Positions 25,030 through 31,589 of a stretch of 32,000 nt of DNA are shown piece after piece; position 1 is the stretch's first letter, and each line of letters starts with the position of its first letter. This DNA is from Mycolicibacterium smegmatis (GTDB lineage: Bacteria > Actinomycetota > Actinomycetes > Mycobacteriales > Mycobacteriaceae), in contig NZ_LN831039.1 of assembly GCF_001457595.1 (NCBI RefSeq), positions 630,001-662,000 on the forward strand, given 5' to 3'. Below the pieces are notes generated by a model, which searched no databases, was not told the DNA's origin, and worked only from the letters and a program-made list of their open reading frames with translations. The translations under genes and the position numbers were made by a program.

Positions 25030-25763
25030 GCTTCTGCTCCCGCGAGGATCTCCGCCAGGTGCACGGTGCGGACCCCGGAGCGCAGCCGGCTCAGGCCACC
25101 GCCGATGTGCATCAGGCACGACGAGTCACCCGCGCTGCACACCTCGGCGCCGGTCTCCAGGATGTGTGTCATCTTGTCGGCGAGCATGGCCGTCGACGTG
25201 TCGGAGTTCTTGAGCGCGAACGTGCCGCCGAACCCGCAGCAGGATTCGGCGGCGGGAAGCTCTACGAGGGTCAGCCCGCGAACGTTGCGCAGCAGCCGCA
25301 GCGGTTTGTCGCCGACTCCGAGCATCCGCAGCGAGTGGCAGGTCGGGTGGTAGGTGACCCGGTGTGGGTAGTAGGCGCCGACGTCGTCGACGCCGAGCAC
25401 GTCGACGAGGAACTCCGAGAGTTCGTAGGTGCGCTCGGCGATCTTCTCGGCGCGTACCGCCAGGTCCTCGTCACCGGCGCGGCGCGCGACCATGGCGTGC
25501 TGGTGGCGTACCGAACCGACGCACGATCCGGACGGTGCGACCACGGCGTCACAGCGTGCGCTCTCGAAACTCTCCACGTGGTTGCGCACCACCGCCACGG
25601 CCTCTTTGAAGTAGCCGGTGTTGATGTGCATCTGTCCGCAGCAGGTCTGCTGCGACGGGAAGACCACCTCGTGCCCCAGCCGCTCGAGCAGCTGGACGGT
25701 GGCGATGGCGGCAGGCGGAAAGAGCGCGTCCGCCAGACAGGTCGCGAACAGGGCGATTCGCAT
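25026..25763 (-). CDS. lutA: Lactate utilisation protein A (LutA/YkgE, CCG-domain Fe-S oxidoreductase)
   Basis: This is the ORF 25026..25826 frame, started at ATG 25763 (MRIALFATCL...) with AGGAGGG upstream on the minus strand. It has two cysteine-rich CCG motifs, QQTCCGQMH and ESCCGFGGTF. Confidence 0.9.
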   Translation of the reverse strand: MRIALFATCLADALFPPAAIATVQLLERLGHEVVFPSQQTCCGQMHINTGYFKEAVAVVRNHVESFESARCDAVVAPSGSCVGSVRHQHAMVARRAGDEDLAVRAEKIAERTYELSEFLVDVLGVDDVGAYYPHRVTYHPTCHSLRMLGVGDKPLRLLRNVRGLTLVELPAAESCCGFGGTFALKNSDTSTAMLADKMTHILETGAEVCSAGDSSCLMHIGGGLSRLRSGVRTVHLAEILAGAEA

Positions 25764-25776
25764 AACCCTCCTAGAC

Positions 25777-25791
25777 TGTGGTCTGACCACA
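25777..25791. promoter_or_regulatory. 15-bp palindromic operator TGTGGTCTGACCACA (GntR/FadR-type, TGGT-N3-ACCA core), site 1
   Basis: The 7-bp arms TGTGGTC/GACCACA are perfect around a single central base. The site is 14 nt upstream of the lutA ATG. Confidence 0.55.
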
Positions 25792-25810
25792 CTACCGCGT
25801 TCGTCCACTG

Positions 25811-25825
25811 TGTGGTCAGACCACA
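25811..25825. promoter_or_regulatory. 15-bp palindromic operator TGTGGTCAGACCACA, site 2 (exact reverse complement of site 1)
   Basis: The centre-to-centre distance to site 1 is 34 bp. The site ends 28 nt upstream of the GntR-family gene ATG at 25853. Confidence 0.55.
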
Positions 25826-25852
25826 CGGAGAAAAAGGGCTACAGTCGTCGCC

Positions 25853-26539
25853 ATGCGCGCACATGAGCTGGTGCTCGAGCGGATCGAACGCGATCTGGTC
25901 GCAGGCGCCATCACGGTCGGCGACCGGTTGCCGCCCGAGCGTGCGCTCGCCGAGAGCCTCTCGGTGAGCCGGGCGTCGGTACGCGAAGCCATCCGGGTGC
26001 TCGAGGCCATGGGCGTCATCCGCACGGCCGCGGGTTCCGGACCGGACGCGGGCGCGATCGTCACGGCCGATGCGGCCACGTCGATCGGATCGGCGCTGCG
26101 ACTGCACACCGCGACGCGCGCACTGCCCATCGAGGACCTGGTGAGCACGCGAATCCTTCTGGAGGCCTCGGCTTTACGCGATGCGGCGGCGTTGTCACCG
26201 CGTCCGGACCTCGCCGGGATCAACGCACGGCTCGACGCGATGGACGACCCGGACCTGGGACCCGAGGAGTTCCACCGCCTCGACGCGGAGTTCCACGTCG
26301 CATTGACGGCGCTGGCCGGCAACGTCGTCGTCGAGGCCATGATGGCGGCACTGCGCGGCGCCATCCAGGGGTACATCCTGGCCGGGGTGCCCCGCCTTGC
26401 GGACTGGGGCGGAGTCGCGGCGAACCTGCGCTGCGAGCACAGGCGCATCGTCACCGCGCTGTCGCGCGGACAGGGCAACAAGGCCGCTGAGCTGGCCCGC
26501 GCCCACATCGAAGGTTATGTAGACCTGATCAAAAGCTGA
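25853..26539 (+). CDS. GntR family transcriptional regulator, FadR subfamily (FCD domain); probable lactate-operon regulator
   Basis: The 228-aa product has a winged HTH (GDRLPPERALAESLSVSRASVREAIRVLEAMGVI) and a helical FCD-type C-terminal domain. It is divergent from lutABC. Confidence 0.85.
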   Translation: MRAHELVLERIERDLVAGAITVGDRLPPERALAESLSVSRASVREAIRVLEAMGVIRTAAGSGPDAGAIVTADAATSIGSALRLHTATRALPIEDLVSTRILLEASALRDAAALSPRPDLAGINARLDAMDDPDLGPEEFHRLDAEFHVALTALAGNVVVEAMMAALRGAIQGYILAGVPRLADWGGVAANLRCEHRRIVTALSRGQGNKAAELARAHIEGYVDLIKS

Positions 26540-26560
26540 CAGCTGGGCTACGGTGGTTCA

Positions 26561-26995
26561 GTGCCCGTCAGCCCGTGTGTCAGGTGGGCGGCAATTGTCA
26601 TGGCCGCAGTGGTCCCGGCGTGCACGAGCCCTGAGCGGCAGCCCGAGATGCAGGAGTCACCCGAGCGTGCCGTGCATCGGCACATCGCCGCGGCCAAGAC
26701 CGGCGACGTCGCGACGCTGCGGTCGGGCGCGTGCGGCCGGCTCGCGAGCGTGATCCGGCCGCGGTCGGACGCCGAGATCCGTGACGAGTTCATCGCGCTG
26801 TACGAGGTGGGGCCGGACGTCCTGTCGGTCGACTCCGAGGAGGACGGTCCGCAGCGCATCGTCACCGGGTACTACTCCGAGGTCGCCGACCTGGACATCT
26901 CGTTCATCGTCGAGGACCACGGCGGGTGGAAGGTCTGCGAGATCCGCAGAGGTAACGGAGTCTTCGGTCCGCTGCCGGGTCCGTTCGAGGACTAG
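26561..26995 (+). CDS. Probable lipoprotein of unknown function
   Basis: The 144-aa product has high GC3. Its signal-like N-terminus (RWAAIVMAAVVPAC) has a lipobox-like VPAC. The mature part is soluble and acidic. The TAG stop shares the tetranucleotide CTAG (26992-26995) with the stop of the convergent gene. Confidence 0.55.
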   Translation: MPVSPCVRWAAIVMAAVVPACTSPERQPEMQESPERAVHRHIAAAKTGDVATLRSGACGRLASVIRPRSDAEIRDEFIALYEVGPDVLSVDSEEDGPQRIVTGYYSEVADLDISFIVEDHGGWKVCEIRRGNGVFGPLPGPFED

Positions 26996-28233
26996 CGGCG
27001 CCACTGTGCGCCCGAATAGTTCTCCCACGGGCTGTAATCGGCGATGAGCTCCTCCTGGGGCGGGCGCTCACCCTCCGGGACGTGTTGCAGATTGATCCGG
27101 ATCCGGTACCAGATCGAGCTCGGACCTCGCATACCGTCGACCAGGATGTCCACGGGCTCAAGCTTTTTCGATACCTCCGGGTAGCGTTCCCGCCAGATGT
27201 CGAGCGCGGCCATCGCCTCGTCCTTGGTCTTGGTGCGGGCGATCTCGATCAGCGGCATCGTCGAGGCGCGTCGCCCGTCGCGGGACGCGCCCTTGGGTGC
27301 CTTCTCGGCGGGACCGAGTTCCTCGGCGAGCGCGAGCAACCCGTCGAGACCGCCGACCGCGGTGTCCATGCCCTCCCACGGATCCCCGATCTCGGCGAAC
27401 CGGTCGGGCACGGTCGCGATGGTGAACTCCTCGGGCCGGCACGTCGGCACCTCGTCCCAGCGCAGCGGGGTGGACACCCTTGCGTCCGGCGTCGCGCGCA
27501 CCGAGTAGGCCGAGGCCACCGTGCGGTCCTTGGCGTTCTGGTTGAAGTCCACGAACACCCCCTCGCGTTCCTCCTTCCACCAATGTGCGGTGGCGAGGTC
27601 GGGAGCGCGCCGTTCGACCTCACGGGCGACCGTCTGCGCGGCCAGGCGGACCTTCGCGTACGGCCAGTCGCGGCTGATGCGGGCATAGATGTGGAAACCG
27701 CGCGAGCCCGAGGTCTTGGGCCACGCGGTCAGGCCGTGATCGGAGAGCACCTCGCGCGCGACCATCGCGACGTCGAGGATCTGCTGCCACTCGACGCCGG
27801 GCATGGGGTCCAGGTCGACGCGGAGTTCGTCGGGATGGTCGAGGTCGTCGGCGCGCACCGGGTGCGGGTTGAGGTCCACACATCCGAGGTTCACGGCCCA
27901 CGCGAGACCTGCGGTGTTGCGGAGCACGGCCTCTTTGGCCGAGGTACCGGAGCGGTACTTGAGTTCGGCGACCTCGATGAAGTCGGGGCGTTTCTCAGGC
28001 GCGCGCTTCTGGAATATCGCCTCGGTGGCGATGCCCTTGACGAAGCGTTTGAGGATCATCGGCCTGCCGAACACCCCGCGCAGCGCGCCGTCGGCCACCG
28101 CGCGGTAGTAGTTGACAAGGTCGAGTTTGGTGACGGCCGCACGCCCGTCGTACTCGGGGAAGATCACCTTGTCGGGGTTGGTGACCGAGACCGTCAGGCC
28201 GTCCAACTCCAGCGTCAGTGCACCGGCCATCAT
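26992..28233 (-). CDS. Stand-alone LigD-POL-type primase-polymerase (archaeo-eukaryotic primase fold) with a C-terminal extension
   Basis: This is the ORF 26992..28332 frame. POL-domain blocks are VSVTNPDKVIFP, TKLDLVNYYRAV, DELRVDLDP and KTSGSRGFHIYARI. The start is set at ATG 28233 (MMAGALTLE...). ATG 28287 is possible but would overlap the divergent fadD start. I see no ligase or nuclease domain in the protein. Confidence 0.85.
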   Translation of the reverse strand: MMAGALTLELDGLTVSVTNPDKVIFPEYDGRAAVTKLDLVNYYRAVADGALRGVFGRPMILKRFVKGIATEAIFQKRAPEKRPDFIEVAELKYRSGTSAKEAVLRNTAGLAWAVNLGCVDLNPHPVRADDLDHPDELRVDLDPMPGVEWQQILDVAMVAREVLSDHGLTAWPKTSGSRGFHIYARISRDWPYAKVRLAAQTVAREVERRAPDLATAHWWKEEREGVFVDFNQNAKDRTVASAYSVRATPDARVSTPLRWDEVPTCRPEEFTIATVPDRFAEIGDPWEGMDTAVGGLDGLLALAEELGPAEKAPKGASRDGRRASTMPLIEIARTKTKDEAMAALDIWRERYPEVSKKLEPVDILVDGMRGPSSIWYRIRINLQHVPEGERPPQEELIADYSPWENYSGAQWRR

Positions 28234-28285
28234 CACATCGTAGTGACTTCCCGCAACTGCGATGGTTGTCACATATTGTGTCGTC

Positions 28286-29962
28286 ATGCTGAGTCTGTCT
28301 GATTTGCCTGCGCAAGTGACGGCGAAGGCCAAGGAGTACGCCGAGCGAGGTGTCGCCGAACTGCACTACGCCCGCAAGATGTTCGAAGCAGGCGCGTTGA
28401 GGCTCGAACCGCCGCAGCACATGCTGGCGCTGGTGGCCGACATCCGGACCTGGGGCGAGATCGGCATGATCCCGGCGCTCAACGCGCGCAGGCACCCGAA
28501 TCGGGTCGCGGTCATCGACGACGAGGGCGAGTTCACGTTCGGTGAACTCGACGCCGCGGCCCACGCGCTGGCGAACGAGTTGCTGGCACGCGGCGTCCGC
28601 GGCGGGGACGGAGTCGGCATCCTGGCCCGCAACCACCGCTGGTTTTTGGTGTCGCTGTACGGGGCCGCGCGTGTGGGCGCCCGCATCATCATGCTCAACA
28701 CCGAGTTCTCCGGGCCCCAGATCAAAGAGGTCGCCGCGCGCGAGGGCGCGAAGGTGATCATCTACGACGACGAGTACACCGCGGCGGTCGCGCAGGCCGA
28801 GACCGAGATGGGCAAGTTGCGGGCGCTGGGCACCAACCCCGACAAGGAGGAGCCGTCGGGCAGTACCGACGAAACCCTCGCCGAGGTGATCGCGCGCAGC
28901 GGCAAGCGGCCGGCGCCCAAGGCAAGCCGGCACGCCTCGATCATCATCCTGACCAGCGGCACCACCGGAACCCCCAAGGGCGCCAACCGGGCGGCCCCGC
29001 CGTCGCTCGCCCCGATCGGCGGCGTGCTCTCGCATGTGCCGTTCAAGGCCGGCGAGGTCACCGCGCTGCCCGCGCCGATGTTCCACGCGCTGGGCTTCCT
29101 GCACGCGACGATCGCGATGATGCTCGGCTCGACGCTGGTGCTACGCCGCCGCTTCAGGCCCGCCACGGTGCTCGAGGACATCGAGAAGCACAAGGTCACC
29201 GCGGCGGTGGTGGTACCGGTGATGCTCTCGCGCATGCTGGACCACCTGGAGAAGATGCCGCAGAAACCCGACCTCTCGTCGCTGCGGATCATGTTCGTCT
29301 CGGGTTCACAGCTCGGCGCGGAACTCGCGACCCGCGCACTCAAGGAACTCGGGCCGGTGATCTACAACCTGTACGGGTCGACCGAGATCGCGTTCGCCAC
29401 GATCGCGCGTCCGCAGGATCTGTCGCGCAACCCGGCCACCGTGGGCCCCGTGGTCAAGGGGATCACGGTCAAGATCCTCGACGACAACGGCAGGGAATTG
29501 CCGCAAGGTGAGGTCGGCCGCATCTTCGTGCGAAACACATTCCCCTTCAAGGGCTACACGGGCGGCGGCGGCAAGCAGATCATCGACGGCATGATGTCGT
29601 CCGGCGATGTCGGCTATTTCGACGAGCACGGTCTGCTCTACATCTCCGGCCGCGACGACGAGATGATCGTCTCGGGCGGCGAGAACGTGTTCCCCGCCGA
29701 GGTCGAGGATCTGATCAGCGGCCACCCCGAGGTCGTCGAAGCCACCGCGATCGGCGTCGACGACAAGGAGTGGGGCGCCCGGCTGCGCGCTTTCGTGGTG
29801 AAGGCCGAGGGCTCGTCGCTCACCGAGGACGACGTCAAGGCCTATGTACGTGACCATCTGGCGCGCTACAAGGTGCCACGTGAGGTGGTCTTCCTCGACG
29901 AGTTGCCGCGTAATCCCACCGGCAAGATCCTCAAGCGCGAACTGCGCAACATCGACGCCTGA
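28286..29962 (+). CDS. Acyl-CoA synthetase / fatty-acid-CoA ligase (AMP-binding superfamily)
   Basis: AMP-binding motifs are IIILTSGTTGTPKGA, NLYGSTE and GDVGYFDEHGLLYISGRDDEMIVSGGENVFP, with the C-terminal lysine context PRNPTGKILKREL. The start is uncertain: ATG 28286 is chosen, ATG 28262 is possible, and the low GC3 of the first codons hints at an even later start. Confidence 0.85.
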   Translation: MLSLSDLPAQVTAKAKEYAERGVAELHYARKMFEAGALRLEPPQHMLALVADIRTWGEIGMIPALNARRHPNRVAVIDDEGEFTFGELDAAAHALANELLARGVRGGDGVGILARNHRWFLVSLYGAARVGARIIMLNTEFSGPQIKEVAAREGAKVIIYDDEYTAAVAQAETEMGKLRALGTNPDKEEPSGSTDETLAEVIARSGKRPAPKASRHASIIILTSGTTGTPKGANRAAPPSLAPIGGVLSHVPFKAGEVTALPAPMFHALGFLHATIAMMLGSTLVLRRRFRPATVLEDIEKHKVTAAVVVPVMLSRMLDHLEKMPQKPDLSSLRIMFVSGSQLGAELATRALKELGPVIYNLYGSTEIAFATIARPQDLSRNPATVGPVVKGITVKILDDNGRELPQGEVGRIFVRNTFPFKGYTGGGGKQIIDGMMSSGDVGYFDEHGLLYISGRDDEMIVSGGENVFPAEVEDLISGHPEVVEATAIGVDDKEWGARLRAFVVKAEGSSLTEDDVKAYVRDHLARYKVPREVVFLDELPRNPTGKILKRELRNIDA

Positions 29963-30032
29963 CAGGCCGTAGGCAGGGCACGCTCACCGAACAAGGGGAA
30001 TAGTTTGGTGCGTGCGGTGGTAGTACTGCCTC

Positions 30033-30815
30033 GTGAACATCGACCTCACCGGTAAGACCGCACTCGTCACGGGCTCGACGCAGGGCATCGGACTCGCCAT
30101 CGCCGAAACGCTCGCCCGCAGCGGCGCGCGCGTGGCGATCAACGGGCGTACCGCATCGCGTGTCGACGAAACTGTGGCCCAACTGGGCGATCTGGACGTG
30201 GTGGGGGTGGCCGCCGACGTCGCGACGCAAAAGGGCACCGAGGCGCTGCTCGAGCAGTTGCCGTCGGTGGACATCCTCGTCAACAACCTGGGCATCTTCG
30301 GGGCAGAGCCCGCTCGCGAGATCACCGACGAGCAGTGGCGCAAGTACTTCGACGTCAACGTGCTGGCCGCGGTCCGGCTCATCCGCAGCTATCTGCCGGG
30401 CATGATCGAAAAGGGTTGGGGCCGTGCGATTCAGATCGCCAGCGACTCTGCCATCGTGATCCCCGAGGAGATGATCCACTACGGCGTCTCCAAGACCGCG
30501 CTGCTCGCGGTGTCCCGCGGATTCGCGAAAGACGCTGCGGGAACGGGTGTCACGGTCAACTCGGTGATCGCCGGACCGACCCACACCGCGGGTGTGGAGG
30601 ACTTCGTTTATCAACTCGTCGACAAGTCGCTGCCGTGGGACGAGGCGCAACGGGAATTCATGCGCAAGCACCGCCCGCAGTCGCTGCTGCAGCGCTTGAT
30701 CGAACCCGAGGAGATCGCCAACATGGTCGCCTACCTCGCATCGCCGCTGGCGTCGGCCACCACGGGTGGGGCGTTGCGCGTCGACGGTGGTTACGTCGAC
30801 GCGATCCTGCCGTGA
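30033..30815 (+). CDS. Short-chain dehydrogenase/reductase (SDR)
   Basis: The 260-aa product has the cofactor motif ALVTGSTQGIGLAIA and catalytic YGVSK (YxxxK). It uses a GTG start. Confidence 0.85.
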   Translation: MNIDLTGKTALVTGSTQGIGLAIAETLARSGARVAINGRTASRVDETVAQLGDLDVVGVAADVATQKGTEALLEQLPSVDILVNNLGIFGAEPAREITDEQWRKYFDVNVLAAVRLIRSYLPGMIEKGWGRAIQIASDSAIVIPEEMIHYGVSKTALLAVSRGFAKDAAGTGVTVNSVIAGPTHTAGVEDFVYQLVDKSLPWDEAQREFMRKHRPQSLLQRLIEPEEIANMVAYLASPLASATTGGALRVDGGYVDAILP

Positions 30816-30818
30816 ATT

Positions 30819-30855
30819 CCCGGCGCGGCGCTCAGGACGTCAGCGCGGCGCCGGG
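30819..30855. terminator. GC-rich hairpin (8 bp, a G:G mismatch, then 5 bp; 9-nt loop) between convergent genes; possible bidirectional terminator
   Basis: CCCGGCGC (30819-30826) pairs with GCGCCGGG (30848-30855), and GCGCT (30828-30832) pairs with AGCGC (30842-30846). The structure starts 4 nt after the SDR stop and covers the last codons of the minus-strand membrane ORF. No clear U-tract is present. Confidence 0.4.
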
Positions 30856-31140
30856 GAAAGCCAGGCAGAACAACGACAGTGCCAGCAGGAACCAGCCCGC
30901 CCCGTGCCAGATGGGCCAGGTGCCCTCGGCGCGCCACACCTGATAGGTGCGGATGAAGGCCCCGACACCGCCAACGAACATGATGGTGGGAACCAGGATC
31001 GCCGGAAGAAGCGTCCGGTCCATGACATAGAAGATCAAGGCGACGCCGGCGATGGCGACGACGCTCAGAACGTAGGCGACCGCCGAGCGAAAGGTCGCCG
31101 GATCGCGCCAGCGTTTTTCAACATCATTGGTCATGATCAC
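30832..31140 (-). CDS. Hypothetical small membrane protein (3 predicted TM helices)
   Basis: The 102-aa product has good GC3. Its hydrophobic segments are AVAYVLSVVAIAGVALIFYV, LLPAILVPTIMFVGGVGAFI and AGWFLLALSLFCLAFPGAAL. The start is GTG 31140 or ATG 31134. Confidence 0.55.
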   Translation of the reverse strand: MIMTNDVEKRWRDPATFRSAVAYVLSVVAIAGVALIFYVMDRTLLPAILVPTIMFVGGVGAFIRTYQVWRAEGTWPIWHGAGWFLLALSLFCLAFPGAALTS

Positions 31141-31180
31141 TCAAAACGGTTGATTGCGGAGCCAGGTTCGAAGCCGGCTC

Positions 31181-31459
31181 TCAGTGCGGGTTGTTGACGT
31201 ACCAGGACAGGCAACCCGGCCAGTGCCTGCACGCGATGATCGCGCCGGCGTCAGGCGCAGCACCACGGACCTTGGGGCTGCGCTGGGGCAGGTTGCAGTT
31301 CACGACGTATGGGTTACCCGGAACCACACCGTTCACACATGGCTGTGCCTGTGCGGTCGGGGTGGTCTGACTCAGAACAGCCGAGGGACCGGCAATCAGT
31401 GCGAAAGCCGCGGCCGTGGTGCCCGCGGCTCGAAGGAGACGTTGCTTAGTAACACTCAT
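31181..31459 (-). CDS. Small secreted cysteine-containing protein (signal peptide plus a mature part of about 54 aa with 4 Cys)
   Basis: The 92-aa product starts with the signal-like N-terminus MSVTKQRLLRAAGTTAAAFALIAGPSAVLSQTTPTAQA followed by QPC. Cys residues are at positions 41, 55, 77 and 83. No obvious SD is present. It lies 40 nt upstream of the membrane ORF on the same strand. Confidence 0.5.
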   Translation of the reverse strand: MSVTKQRLLRAAGTTAAAFALIAGPSAVLSQTTPTAQAQPCVNGVVPGNPYVVNCNLPQRSPKVRGAAPDAGAIIACRHWPGCLSWYVNNPH

Positions 31460-31529
31460 TATGTGAGTACCAACCGTTCCGGCCCGCGTTCTATTTCGCC
31501 ACCTTCGACGGTAGACCCGATGTGACTCC

Positions 31530-31570
31530 GCGACCAGGGCGGATCGGAGTTTCCTTCCCGCCCCGGTCGC
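31530..31570 (-). terminator. 13-bp stem (1 mismatch), 15-nt loop hairpin downstream of the acyl-CoA dehydrogenase stop
   Basis: GCGACCAGGGCGG (31530-31542) pairs with CCGCCCCGGTCGC (31558-31570). The structure is 20 nt past the stop at 31590 on the minus strand. There is no U-tract, which is common in mycobacteria. Confidence 0.4.
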
Positions 31571-31589
31571 AGCGCACGGCCTCGGGTGT

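Noticed and set aside
29978-30015. An imperfect hairpin (GCACGC...GCGTGC with bulges) between fadD and the SDR gene.
   Set aside because: The stem is interrupted, there is no U-tract, and it overlaps the likely SDR ribosome-binding region. It is too weak to call as a terminator or riboswitch.
31165-31172. tRNA T-loop-like GGTTCGAA at 31165-31172, and another at 419-426.
   Set aside because: The flanks do not form a 5-bp T-stem, acceptor stem or anticodon arm. The first is the loop of an intercistronic hairpin, and the second lies inside the sigma CDS (codons for ERFER).
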